DNA of 64,000 nucleotides from Antedon mediterranea (lineage: Eukaryota; Animalia; Echinodermata): positions 25,494,070 through 25,558,069 of the forward strand of contig NC_092671.1 in assembly GCF_964355755.1 (NCBI RefSeq), given 5' to 3'. A model generated the notes under the pieces. That model ran no database searches. It saw only the letters and a list, made by a program, of their open reading frames with translations, and was not told the origin of the DNA. A program made the translations under genes and the position numbers. Within the stretch, counting starts at the first letter, position 1. Each line of letters starts with the position of its first letter. This document shows, one piece after another, positions 13,801 to 27,200 of this stretch.

Positions 13801-15152
13801 GAAGGCTCTTCTAATTTTTTCTTGTTTGGTGCCTGTACACTTCCTCGACGTCGATGTCCTGAGGCAGCAGTTGGCGTTCCAAACGGAGAAACACTTTTTC
13901 GTCGACCACCACCACCACTGGGGCTCATGCGACGTCCTCGGTTGAGTTCTTGAGCACCGGCGACGTTACTACCTCGACGAATACTGATACTGGTGCGGCG
14001 GCGGTTGGCCTATTAGAATCAATTGTTATCAAAGAAGTAAACTGCGTAATCTCCACGTTAAAGATGAAGACAAACCATGAATGGTAATCAGAATTATGAT
14101 TTGAAAGATAAGATTACAAAAGAACAATATGCACAAATGAAATATCAGCCATTCCAAGAAGCAATGCAAGAACAAAAATTATCGCATACTCTAGAAAATA
14201 TGGTATCAGAATTCTAAAAAAAACATTTCTTGCACCAGGCTATCAAACATAGATAGCCTTGCTTGCACATTTATCGTGGAATTTGTATATGGTACCCTAC
14301 ACAGTGGCGTATCAATAGTAAAGTATTGGTACAGTAGTCACTATAACTTACCATAGTAACCGAAAGATGAGATGGTAATGTGGACAGAGTATCTTCACCT
14401 TCTATATCATCGTCAGGAACGGTGGTCTTGGCTCGCCTCTCAGCGACAGATACTTTCCCTGAGGGGCCAGCATTTTCAACACTATATCGCTTGTTGATCT
14501 TTGAGACAGATGAATTTTTTGTCTGTTCCGCGGAAATAAAAATATAAAATCAAGATTAATCAATGTTTTAATATTAAAAATGCATGCATATGGTATAAAT
14601 CTTCAGGACACAAGAAAGTGTCCTATTGATATGGGTGTCCATTGAATAGGGATTAAAACATATTTCCCCTCGTTCATTTTGTATGGGTGCCCCAAAGAAG
14701 GAGGGGTTCTAGACTGTTGCTATTTTATAACTCAATAACAATAAAAAAGTGTTTAAAAAACAGGGAAGACAGAAACAAAATGTGCGTAATTGTGTTACAA
14801 CACAATACAAGAAGTGATAACATTACAAATTTAGCGTTTGATCCCATATTGTCGGCATATTAAATTAATAGGCGTCTCCCCCGGGCCCTGTTTTATGTGA
14901 TTATCCCCCGCATAAAATAAAGCTCTGTGATTTTTAATCTTCAAATACACCATTGAAACATTTTATGCACAAACAAACCTTTGCGTTCTTTAAGGAAATT
15001 TTTCGTTTGACGTTGGATTTGCCAAAAAAATTTTGTCGATAAGGTGTATCGACATTTACTGATCCTTTCGGAGAATCACTCATTCTTGTCTGCTCAACCT
15101 GATTAGCATGCAGAAACACTGCTCCTCTTCGTTGGGTGCCTTCTGAAGACAT
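4860..15152 (-). CDS. EF-hand calcium-binding domain protein, EFCAB3-like; 10 exons, 550 aa
   Basis: Phase-consistent GT-AG exons (5'->3'): 14979-15152, 14352-14522, 13778-14009, 13094-13237, 12799-12870, 12429-12546, 11453-11586, 10628-10845, 8775-8957, 4860-5066 (1653 nt). EF-hand pair LTSKQIEAFQEVFDLFDTNGGGSINADEL...IDVDGNGEIDFQEFLTLMTNTEKF followed by LLFDALTQFMKKSAL...YFHKKY...PHVVSHYAAGARLIGL, resembling EFCAB3-type proteins. The N-terminus is basic and low-complexity; exon 1 and the start codon are less certain. Confidence 0.85.
5762..5900 (+). mobile_element. Diverged Deu-domain SINE fragment
   Basis: GTCTTCTTGGATAAGGACTTAAAAC...TTAAAGAACCCAGTACATCTTTCGGAAGAGTAGG...CCCCGGTGT. Other fragments at about 5107-5160, 23950-23990 (-) and 25542-25610. 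Confidence 0.65.
6106..6390 (+). mobile_element. tRNA-derived SINE with Deu/Nin-type central domain
   Basis: B-box-like GGTTCGAGGC, then GGATAAGGACTATAAACCGTAGGTCC...TTAAAGAACCTAGTACATCTTTCGAGACGAGTAGGGGGTTACCCCGGTGT, which resembles the Deu-domain consensus; (TCAA)n tail; near-identical copy at 19852. Confidence 0.8.
6672..8652. repeat. 60/76-bp minisatellite in intron 9 of the EF-hand gene
   Basis: About 28 units of GACATCGGTACGGGCCACTAGACGACGGCGTTACGAGACA followed by one or two copies of a 16-bp GAACATTGTTAATAAT-type subunit. Confidence 0.97.
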
Positions 15153-15278
15153 CAATAGATATTCTAAGACACTCAATGATTTAATAGGTATAATCTTTAG
15201 ACATCCTTCTAACGAGGGCCCATTGCTAGATGTTATCGCATGCAGGTGTTTGAGGAATTTATTGTATGTATAGAGCGC

Positions 15279-15292
15279 GTAACGATAACAAC
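15279..15292 (-). promoter_or_regulatory. Possible RFX X-box upstream of the EF-hand gene
   Basis: GTTGTTATCGTTAC on the minus strand, about 127 nt upstream of the ATG in a CpG-enriched patch; close to the X-box pattern GTTGYYATGGYWAC. Confidence 0.35.
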
Positions 15293-16265
15293 CGTCTTCG
15301 TAACCATGCGCACGCGTGTTTTTTAATAAAAATTAGCCTCTAATGTACGCGCGCACACAACAAGCCGTACTAAGAAAATGCATACACAGTATGCTTACTT
15401 CCAATAAAGTATCGATATCTTAGGCCTATTGTTTTAATTGTCTTTTTTTACATTGTTTGACCGGCCGAGAGTGAGGAAGAAGGGAACATGAAAAAGGGAA
15501 TACACTGTCGACTGCTTTGAAGACCGCGATGTATTTTACATATACCGTAATTGAAAAAAGTAATTCAATACAAAATAGAAAATAGATGTGTTGAAATTAT
15601 GCATGCACAACCATGCACACTCAATAAAAATCAATAACTATATATATATTTCAAAATTTAACTATTGATTGAAACGCCAGGTAGCATACCAACGAATTGC
15701 TGCAATATATTCAACGAATAGAAGAGCGACCATTAAATTATGTATTCAGACTTTGAAAAATAAAGTCAATAAAAAATGATCGATTCTGGTTGTGGTATTG
15801 TTTGAAACCAGAGACCGCCTGATACGAGTTCACTCCCTTCCTTTCCATCAAAATAATTTAACGAAAATACACATATTTTAAACAAATTATGAATACATCA
15901 GGAATTATCAGCTTTTACAGTACACACATTGAGAACACACTATGTAGTAATACATTATAAGCAAAGGGAATTTAACTTCCATGACGGTTTATTATAATTT
16001 AATACTCAATTCACTCGATTGTAGACGTCTGTTCGCCATTTCCCTTATTAGGACGTTATCTATGTTATCTATAATACATTTAAAACCTTCCTTTATTTAT
16101 ATTATGTACATTAGTATAAATAAACCGCTGTCAAAATAATATAACATTGTGTATAATTCTAAACTTTTCAATATTGTATATACAAATATATATAATGAAT
16201 GAATATACAACAAATATTATTTCGGACATTGTAAATTAAAATATGTTTACAGTCAAAAATACAGA

Positions 16266-16655
16266 TAACAGTTATCGCACTTTGTAATAATAATTATCGC
16301 ACTTTGTAATAACAATTGTCGCAATTTGTAATAACAGTTATTGCACTTTGTAATAACAACTATGCACTTTGTAATAACAGTTATCGCACTTTGAAATAAT
16401 AATTATCGCACTTTGCAATAATAATTATCGCACTTTTTAATAACAGTTGTCGCACTTTGTAATAACAGTTATCGCACTTTGTAATAACAGTTATCGCACT
16501 TTGTAATAACAGTTATCGGACTTTGTAATAACAGTTATCGCACTTTGTAATAACAGTTATCGGACTTTGTAATAACAGTTATCGCACTTTGTAATAACAG
16601 TTGTCGCACTTTGTAATAACAGTTATCGCACTTTGTAATAACAGTTATTGCACTT
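16266..16655. repeat. 21-bp minisatellite (AATAACAGTTATCGCACTTTGT-type)
   Basis: About 18 tandem copies between the EF-hand and ankyrin genes. Confidence 0.93.
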
Positions 16656-17249
16656 CTCAAGGAAATATCCATTACATCCAATACATTACATACATTACAT
16701 ATCCAAGTGCAACAACAAACTGTCAACAATATTTTTCACACGTAGTGCGATTGTAATATTAAGTACAGACGTTTTCTAAATTCATGTTTATGTTCGTATT
16801 TGGCTCCTTATAAATTCTAGATCCGCTTCGACAATGAGTAATTTAACTCTATATTCCATTTGCACTATATTGTCTATAGTGTATTTCAGGGAATCTTTAG
16901 TAAATGTATTTATTAGATATATTGATTTCCAATAACACAACAATTCTAAATATAAACGTCCTTGTTATCTATATTCATAAAACTAAACAACACTCAAATT
17001 AAATTAAATTGATTAAGTGGCAAACTAGGGGACAGTAGTCAATTTTAATTAAGCATGAATAAAAAACATGGACAAATTGATAACGACAATTAATACATCA
17101 CATAAAAATAGCAACCAACCTACTAAATTAAATTTTGTTTGCGACATAAGTACAGTAGATGTAGTATTATAAAAAAAAAAATGGATTTACTAAAGACATC
17201 ACAAGACAAGACATCAATAATGACAACTAAAAGGTATAATTCAATGAAT

Positions 17250-17490
17250 TATACAGCTATAACATGCGCAAACACCAGGTGTCTCCTCAGATCACCAACA
17301 CCACCGCCACCTAAGTTAAGCAACGCTGGGCCCGGTATAGATCTGTGGGGATGATGGTAGGTCGATTGTCTTGGAATATCGGGTGCTTTAGTCTAAAGAA
17401 CAGAGTGATCGGGCTAGCATGTGAGAGGTGGGTTGGCCGAGCCTGTTTGTATCATATTGATGTATCCTTAGGCAAGATGCTTTAGTTTCA
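17250..17490 (+). mobile_element. Degenerate 5S rRNA-derived sequence (SINE3-like or 5S pseudogene)
   Basis: TACAGCTATAACA...CTCCTCAGATCACC...AAGTTAAGCAACGCTGGGCCCGGTATAG...GGAATATCGGGTGCTTTAG follows the order of 5S rRNA blocks (A box AGTTAAGCA) with insertions. It is followed by TGTATCCTTAGGCAAGATGCTTTA, a CORE/V-SINE-like motif. Confidence 0.6.
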
Positions 17491-17939
17491 TTATTTGTTG
17501 TTGTAATAATAGCTATATAACCGACCTTGCTTATTGGTTTTTTTGAAAAATCGATATATTTGTGACGTCATAACGACACAATATAAATACCGTTATACAC
17601 AATAGTTTAACCCTTAGTATGTGACACGCAATAATAATTAAATTATTTTTAACATATTGATGAATAATCTATGAGTATAATATACTAAACGTGTACTGAA
17701 TAAATTAATTATATACAAATTATATTGAAGGTAGATATGTAAACAATTAACATGTATGAAAAAACTTTAAACATTTTAACCTACTAGAAAGTACTAACAG
17801 ATAGACATACTGTACACAATTGATGTTATACAAAAATATAAAATTGAACAAAATAATAACTTTGTTTTTTTCAATGATTTCATGTACATGTAAGTACTTT
17901 ATGTAAATAAGTGTGTAAGTAGGGGAGGGAGTGGATGGG

Positions 17940-18045
17940 AGAGTAAATAAGCAAGTAGAGTAAGTATAAAGTAAGTAAGTATAAAGTAAGTAAGTAGAGT
18001 AAGTATAAAGTAAGTAAGTAGAGTAAGTATAAAGTAAGTAAGTAC
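17940..18045. repeat. 24-bp GTAAGT-rich tandem repeat
   Basis: GTAAGTAAGTAGAGTAAGTATAAA repeated about 4 times, in or near the ankyrin gene 3' UTR. Confidence 0.85.
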
Positions 18046-18297
18046 ATAAACAAAACACATTTTAAGTAAAAAAGTAATGTATTGCTGTGCCAAGTAATAG
18101 TGTCAATGTAATGAGATTTATGTAAATTTCTAACGTTTCTGTTTGGATATGTAGGGTCAGGTACAGCCAACTTCACTTTCTGAACGAAGGACTATTTATG
18201 TTAAGTGTGTGTCTTGAAAATTCACTTTTTATCTAATATTTCAAAAGGATGGGGAAAAAAACATAATTATGATTAACATACTGTATCAAATAACATC

Positions 18298-21200
18298 TCA
18301 ATTAGGGTAAGTGAGTTCACTTTTATGTTTTTCATAGAGATCAAATAACTTATCAAAATCAATACTCGATGGTCCTATTGTGCTAGCTGCCTGTGATGGT
18401 GCCTTTATCCCTCCTGTCAAAGTTGATGTTGTGGACCTAGACAAATTGAAAATGAAGTAAATTCAAAAATGTTATATAAAAAATAAATTCTTGAGTTGAG
18501 TCGGTTATTGATTGTAAGAAAATATCAACGATACTCTATAGGCTGAAGAGTGGTTCCCATGTAATTTTCTGTGCCAGTGTTTATATTAAGGCAATAGCTT
18601 TGCGACAGAGAGCTATCCTAAAATCCAGCTGATGTTTTGTTCTATTGTAACAAAATTGTAATGAATGCTGATGTGCATTGGAAACACACAGATTGAGAAA
18701 ACAAGTTTTTTCTCATAGTTTTCTCAATGAACTGAATATTCTGTACAATTGATGAACCTAAAAATGTATGTTGATCAACATTAAAGGTATACATCAATTG
18801 TCCTACTCCACAACCCATTATTTTTTTTTACATTAAAAAATATTCTTTGTAGTTACTGAATGATTGAGAATAAACAATTTTTAATATAAAATTATGAAAT
18901 ACCAAGAAAGACTAAGCTATTCAAATGTAGTAAACTTTCTCAGTACAACATCCGTGGTGAAAAGTGGGCCATTTCAGATGCCATTTTGACAACCTTTTTA
19001 GATCCACGAAGGTAAGAACAATTTTCAAATGTAGTTTAAAATCTTCCCAGTAAATTCCAGCAATTTTGATACACTATACAATCGAAACAAATTTGTATAT
19101 TGAACAGGCATAACCATAAGCAGTGAAAAGTGGGGATTTCTAACATTGTTGTAGTCATAACATTGGATCCAAGCAGGTGGATAATTTTCAAATGTACTTT
19201 AAAACTTTCTCAGTACAATTGCGGTAATTTGATACACCATGTGTATAGATGCGTAGAATGTGTATAACTAGTCTTCCCTGGTATAACAAACAACAACTTT
19301 CTCTTTTTATACAATTCTTTATTCACACAAAATGGTCTCACATAAATTGTAAATTGGAATGATTGTTATGTTGTGGCAAATATTTACCTATGGAAATCTT
19401 GTTCTTCTCTGGCACTGTAAACCAGCTTCTGGATCTTAGGATTAGTAGTAAGATCTTCTGGCAAGCTTCCATCTAGAGTTCTTAAGTCTAAGTCTACGTA
19501 GCGAAGTTTCTATGGAGATAAATGAAGAGACAAAAATAGAATATTGCAATTAGTTTCCTTATGTCTAGTATATCACTTTTGAAAAAACGATAACCACAGA
19601 AGTGCTTGTTTATTGACAACTATAGCCTAAAGATGCAGCAGTAATTGGTGTAATTAACCATAAAAAACAATTATCCCTAAATCTGATTACCAATATAATG
19701 AACCACCTCCTGTATTTTAAGTACTTAAATACTTCCTTTCTTTATAGGGCTAAACCTCAAGAATGTTTTAGAATGATCCTACCCCACCCAGTCTCATAGA
19801 AGGACATAGAAATGTTGGTAGACATTTAAGGAAATAACCTGAGTCTTTCAGCTTAACTGAGCGGTTAAGACAGTGGAACCATAATTACGGGTTAAGGGTT
19901 CGAGGCTCACTCGCTTCATGGTTCTGGTGGTAGAACGAGTCTTCTCGGATAAGGACTATAAACCGTAGGTCCAGTGTACACATAGCTCATGTGCACTTTA
20001 AAGAACCTAGTACATCTTTCGAGACGAGTAGGGGGGCTACCCCGGTGTACTAGTCCACACAAACACAGCCACTGTCACACACAGCCACTGTGCAATTGGG
20101 ACTGGGCCGTTTTTAGAGGTGTTTACCACCTGCTGGTCCCGATCCTTCACTAACAGTGTTAGTGAGAAGTTGAATAAATAAATAAACTAAACTTAAACTT
20201 AAAACTTAAACACAACTTAAACTTAAACTACTTTCATCTACCCTAAGATTCTCTTTCTGTCGATCTGCCAACAAACGGTGCTAATTCATATGTCTACAAT
20301 AACAGGGGCTGGACAAGTATACTGACAATGCCTTACTCCTCTGGAGGATGCACTGGATTTATTAAAGTACACACAAGCTAGATGTACACACAGGACCAGT
20401 ATTTTAAATCCTTATTTGAGAACACAACTAGTTCTACTACCATAACTGTATGGTTGAGGATAGCCATGAACCTGTGCTGATTTTATGGCTACAGTGTGGG
20501 ACAGCTCTGCCTTAGTTGACTTGATCAAAACATACTTACAATTAACTTTTTGACAATCAGTCGCCTTTCGAGTTGACATGCCAGATGTAAAGGAGTTAGA
20601 CCAGCATTATTCTGGATGTTTGCCACCAGTTTGTCTGTGTCCAGAAGCAACTCAAGAGCCTTAAGGCCACGTTTCTGATCCGCACATTCAACGGCACGAT
20701 GCAGACATGTTGAACCTTCTTGTAAGTTTCTTGCACATAAATGGTTGACCATACTGCCTAAGATTTTGCCAACATTGCTAATTTAATAGTGGTATATTAC
20801 ATTTCATTCAGACATTTCTTTTTATTTTATATTTTCATTACAAAACAAGCTTTATTTGCTTCTATTATTCAGTGTGTTAAGTTCCAATAATAAAATAAAA
20901 CTATAACAAAATTCAGAAGAATTAGTTGATATGCTAGCAGAATATACAAAAAAGTCACTAAACACAAAAAGCACATAACTCAGCTATATAATTTCAGAAG
21001 AGGGTAAAGGTAATATCATATCATTTCTTAAAGATATATTGTCTCCACTGTTAATTTTGACTTTTAGTGATTTACTTTTTTTAAACTGTCTTTTTTTTTT
21101 CTTAATATTTTTTTCATGTTCTTGGGGGACAATACATCCTAAACATGAAAAAATGAAGCTCATATGGCAGAGGTTGGTAACCCATGTTTAATTTTTTTAA

Positions 21201-24200
21201 CATGAGAATTGAATATTGCAATTGGAAATTAAATTTTGGCCAATAGAGACCACTAGTCTTAAGTGTCTAGCTTCTAATCCACCAAGCTAGGGTTAAATTT
21301 AATTTATCATATCCTATGTTTAATAATTTCTTTTTACATGATCATATTCCGGAAAGAAAATATTACCATCCATAACAATATGAGAATGGAATAAAACAAT
21401 AATAAATGAGATAACAATTCAATTGACATTGTTAAGATAATATCAGTAATAATAATAATAATATGCATCAAATGATATCTACAACTCATAAGCGACTGGT
21501 TCATTGTACTCTTTTAAAATAAAACCAAATAAGGATTATCTTCAGTATGATGTACAAAAACAATTGGAAATAAAAACATGAATCTTATACCTTGGTATAT
21601 GCCAGGCCCATTCTGTGTTATTCCAAAGTACATCTCACTTAAGTTATCCGCTGCACTTCCTTGAAATCCTCCCACTACACTCTGATTCCCAATACTAGGA
21701 ACAAATCCTGGTTTAAAAGAAACAACATGTAAAAGGATCAAGGCTGAATGACTACTACATTATGTAATATTAATACCTTTTTCTTTATTCAAATGCAAAA
21801 GAAACGTTGCATGAAACAGAAACATTATACTATTTGTTTTTGGTTAGTTAAAAATAACAGCAATTAGAAATGTCAGGTGAGAATTCTAGTAATTGAAATA
21901 CATATTTAGCCTCTCTAAAAAAAATATTAGATAGGAATGAGGTGGATCCCACACTACCCCCACCCCAATGAAATCCCCAACCCCACACTAAACCATGTTA
22001 AGGCACCCTTTGACAGCTTCATGTATCGGGCAATGTAATATAACAATGTGCTTTTACCTTGTCTAAAGTTTCTTCCATATGCAGAAGCTGTTCTAACAGA
22101 TGATGGAGAAGGTTGATACATAGAACCTAAATATAGATACAGATAAAAAATTTAAATAAACTCTCTGTGTGGCAATGTTCATTTTCGATTTAGTTTTTTA
22201 ACTGGATAGCCTTCATTTAAAGCTAATCAGCTGACAATTATTATAAATACTGTAGGTAGAGGAACTTAAAATCAAGCAAATGGGAATTATTATGAATAAT
22301 GTTGGAGTGAAACAATGCCACAGTATAGGAGGACAAAATATCAGTTTATTATTTTTTCCTTCATGGTTACTAATGTTACTTTAGTAGTTTTTTTCTCTTA
22401 CCAGTTGTGGTCGCAAGCCTCTCATAAATATCTTGAGAGGTGACTTGCGTATGGTCTGCCGACTGTTCAAATAGGAGCTCAGTATCAGTCATGTAAGGTT
22501 TCTGGCTTGAGCCATTCCTCCTCCTCCTCTGAGCAAGCGGCCTATTTGAAGTAAAGGTAGATGATGTTCCTTCATGAATTCTAGATAATGGGCCAGCAAT
22601 ATTATAGAAACTTCCTCGTAAGTGTTCGTGAGAGACGGTTTGTGTACTGGTAAACAGTGGGCCTTGCTCAAAGAAGGTTTCTTTGGTTTCATGATCACTA
22701 AAGTCTGTGTTTGATGTTTCACCATAACTGGTATCTTTTAAAGCAAAAATAAAAAAACTAAATTAGAAAATTATCCCAGTAATGAACTTTTTGAACACAA
22801 AATGGACAAACAAATCTGAATGAAAAATGTAGCTTTTAGTTGCTTCTGAATTTAGTAATTAAATACAAATTTGGGGAGTGAGGTAACTACCCTGGGCCAT
22901 ACACTATCTTTTCCAGTCTTCATGGGCTGAAATAATAAATAGCATACCCTCTGTTGTATTTTGTATTTGGCTCAGTTTATGAACACTCTTTCTTTCTACT
23001 TACTTTACGTTACTACTACATTTTCTATCATATGAATCAGTGTTAATTGTAAATCGTGTAGCTTGACAAACCATTTTTAAAACTAATTTGAACAATAAAT
23101 GAATTTTGTCAAATATCAAAGTTAGATAATAACATCTAAATTCAGAAATTGTAAACTAACCAAATAAGTAGGGTGAACGTGCTGGAACACCTGGAGTGGA
23201 TTCAACAAACGTTCCCGAGTCACTGTCAGAAAAACGATCCACCTGCATTGACCTACATTTTACAAGGAAAATAAACTTATCAACTTCAAAGTACCATTCA
23301 TTCATTTATTCACTCACAACTCAGTATATATTTATAATTTATTTATAGCTTTGACTAATAATGATTCCTTGTGCAATACTTTTAAAATGTTTTAAATTGT
23401 TTGAATTTTTGTCTGTTTTTATCATCTGTTTTAGCATGAGAAAAAAGAATTTTACTTTTGTATTTTTAAAAGTGAATGATATATCTTGTTTCTTGTACCA
23501 ATGATTTTAAGAGAATGGTTCATTAGTTGTTGTCAACTCCAAGTTTCAAATCTGTTTACTTAATATGCATTACATTTTAAAACTCACAAGAATAAGTGTT
23601 AAAACAAGCGATACTTTCTAGTACTACAAACAATTTTCAGAATAGAGACTAAGAATGAAAAACATCCACTAAATATGATGTAATTTAAATAAAGGGACAA
23701 TACTAAACTTTCGTTTTATTGTATTCATTTGGCATGCCGTCTAGGGAGTCCCAAAAGCAGGGAACCCACTGTCACCTAAAGGATGTGCAGCTAATGATGA
23801 CTCACTGTACTTCAGTGGATGGCGTAACACATGGGGCAAAGGCTCCTTGTTTAGCACTCCTAAGGATCCCTCAAATACTGGGTAGTTGCATTGGGGCTGT
23901 CCAAGCCCCTGGGTTTAACCAGTGAGAGTTCATAGTTATTATGTCACTGCTTACGGTTCCACTGTCTTCCGTTCAGCTACTCACTCGCATATATAGTATG
24001 AATGAATTGGGATCTTTAATGAAAGCTGTTAAAATACTGATACCTTTCAAAATCCTCAGCATTCTCTTCTAGGAATTGTATTCCAGTCTTTAATAAGAAT
24101 TTTAAGGCTTCAAGTTTTCCAAACAAACAAGCAACCATCAAAGGCGTATTGCCACTACGATCACGAAGATTATGATCAAATTTTCCCTAATGAAAAATTA

Positions 24201-27200
24201 AAACATATATTTAATATGACAGTTAACAAAGAAAAGTATTATTCATTCAGCACAAATAATAGCATGACCATAATAATAGTTTGTTTAGGTTCTCTCAAAG
24301 AAATATATAGAGTAGCAGGTGTGTTATAATATACAGTAGTACAGTATCTATCAAGTTTGTTTTGACGAGTGATTCTTGTTAATGAGTCAAGCTCATTTTT
24401 CATAATGATTTCAACACCATACCTGCCATAATTTCCTTAGCTCTTTCAGTTTCTTGTCCACCTTAATTGCTAACATAATTCTATCTGTTCTGTTTTTTCT
24501 GTGCGTCTCGATCAATACTTGAACACCTTCAAACTCTCGGCATGTGTAAAGTTTCCCACGCAAATCCAGGACTGCAGAACTTGCCCCTCTTTGAAAAAGT
24601 TTTCTAACTAATCTACTGTAACCTAAAATAAAACATTCAATTTATATAAGAGAATTAAAGATGTAAAAATTGTTTTATATGTTTAATTGAATAAGTTATT
24701 TTAATATCACATAATAGTTATTTACTTTGACTAAAAAATATGATCTGATAAAACCTTAATTTTAAAAGGGGGAAAAGTCAACTACTGTAGAAGCCCATTT
24801 GACAACAGAATGTTTCCACTTATCATTAATTTCGTTTTTTACAATTCTAATAACTATTTGGTTTTTTTTTTCTAAAAGTGGACAGCGTGATTAAAAATAC
24901 AAAATGGGCTATTCAAAGTTTCATTTTATTAACTTAAATTGTTTATGTTTTTGTAGGAAACTACAAAACAAGTTTGATGTGCCCAAATATGGTAGTGATA
25001 CTGTATGACATAATCATATCTATATATTGTTAGGTTTGATAGTGTAGATAGAGTTTAGGCTATGTTTAAAAGAAAATCATGAATGACATCACCTACCCTT
25101 TGAGGCCGAAATCTGTAATGCAGTTAAACCCTGTTTGTTGACTGCATCAATGTCTAACTTATCCCATGTGGTACCTTGGCTCGATTGACTATCTTGGCTT
25201 GGTGTTAGGCCCAAGTTACGATCATCACCACAAAATTCAATCAAATACTTGACTATGTCTACTAAACCTCTTGCACATGCTACGTGAAGCACTGTGGATT
25301 TAGTTGTTGGATGCTGACTAGATATGTCCCCACCATTCTATAAAACAATGATGAATAAAGTTCAGAATGAGTGGCTGGACATTTCAACATTTGAAGAATT
25401 AACTAAAGAATCAAGAAAAGCAAGAAGATCGGCTGAGAAACATTATTCTGTTAAAATCAAGCATTGTTAGCCAGATTTCTATCAGTTAGGCAAATCCATA
25501 GTCTTATGACAAGGGTCCAAGGATAACTTTCTATTTGATTTTGGTGGTAGAACGCGTAGGTCCGGTGTACACAAAATACTCATGTGCACTTTAGAACCTA
25601 GTACATTTTTTTAGTCCAAAGCGCATTGAAACAACATTTTTTGTAGAATGCACTATATAAATACATTAACATTAACAATACCAGATCAATGAAAAACAAT
25701 TACTTATACTACAACATTCCCAACAAACATAAATTAAGTGTACACTACCTCATGTAATAATTTGACTACTTCAAGGTGACCGTTGCCACAGGCCATGTAC
25801 ATTGGCCAGTCCCCTGAACCTGTGATAGGGTTAACATTATCCCCTTCTTCCAATGTGCAAAATAGGCGTTTAACATCACCTGTGATGGCGCATTCAAATA
25901 AAGTTGGATTTACGATTTCTGTCTGCCTACGCTGTCGAATCACGATAAGCAGATCTTTAACTTCTTCATTTAATGGATATGACAAAATCTGTTGTAAACC
26001 CTGAAAAGAATGATGATTTAACATTTATAATCAAAGATACTATTAAACTACTAGAGAGTCAACTAGGCAACAGTGAAATGATACAAACAGGGCAACTCAT
26101 CAAAATGGCTCATTTTATCTGTTCAAAAATACTGTATAAATAAATATATAATAAAAAAATAAAAAAATCATAAATGCCAAGATTAAAATTGAAAATAAAA
26201 AATGACTTTGGATAGTCTGCCAGCATATATAAATTTGATGGGAACAATAACCTTGATGAAAGTGAAATATCATACTCCATCCAGGACAACAAAATATGTT
26301 TTGGATTCTGATATTCAATTGCAACAGTAAGTTTCCTGCCTGACCTGGTACTAGATATATTAAACAATTTGCATCCAGATCCCATTTATTAAAAGTACCA
26401 ATAGTGGGTAACAGTTTCTACAGAAACAGCAATGTACTTGGATTTATCTAAAAACAATAATTTTTGTGTTTAATTTAATGGGAATTTGTCCAAACCATAA
26501 ACCACCACTGGAGAAAGAATAAACAAGAAATATTTTTTACAAAAAACCCCGCCCGACATTTTAAAATTAATCATTGTTCTTTCTTCAGATATATATATGT
26601 AATCACAAAGATACATACAAATCACAGATACTTATTTAATTATGAATCACATGCCCATTTTTTCACTAGTTAATTGTATACACAGCATTTGAAAGAAGAC
26701 ATGTGTACCTTTCCAACAATGTATTATTTGCCAACAAATATTAATCTACTAATAAAAAAATCAATTTGAACTTTAATGTGCTGTAGCCTGTTTATGTGTG
26801 ACCTAAACATTAACTATTGTAGGCATGCAACTGAATACCCTGTAGAGACAACGTGTGTGGTACAAGTGAAAATTCTTCCACAATCTGTTGATTCGCGTCA
26901 ATCAATCAAAGAGTAAGAAACAAAAATCGTTCAACCGTGAGCCCTCATAGACTCTCTTTTCCCAGACGTTTTTTGGGTCCAGCAACTGGGACCTATAAAT
27001 TATAGTCGAGTTTGCAAATTTGCAAAACTGTCGGCCTTAGATACTAAAGCTACCGCTACGAAACAGCTTATTAATGAATAATTATGTCCTCATGGGACAT
27101 AGCTGGCTACAGCAGCGGTGCGAAAACTTAAGAGGGACCAAAAATTCCAAAAATGGTTGGAAAAAATTCATAGATGGAAATACAATGACAGGAGAGTTTA

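Noticed and set aside
17940-18045. Array of GTAAGT splice-donor consensus sites
   Set aside because: They are on the + strand, antisense to both neighbouring genes; simple-repeat expansion suffices.
22489-22725. ORF-track peptide MVKHQTQ...
   Set aside because: Wrong frame; the real exon 22402-22734 reads DTSYGETSNTDF... by phase continuity.
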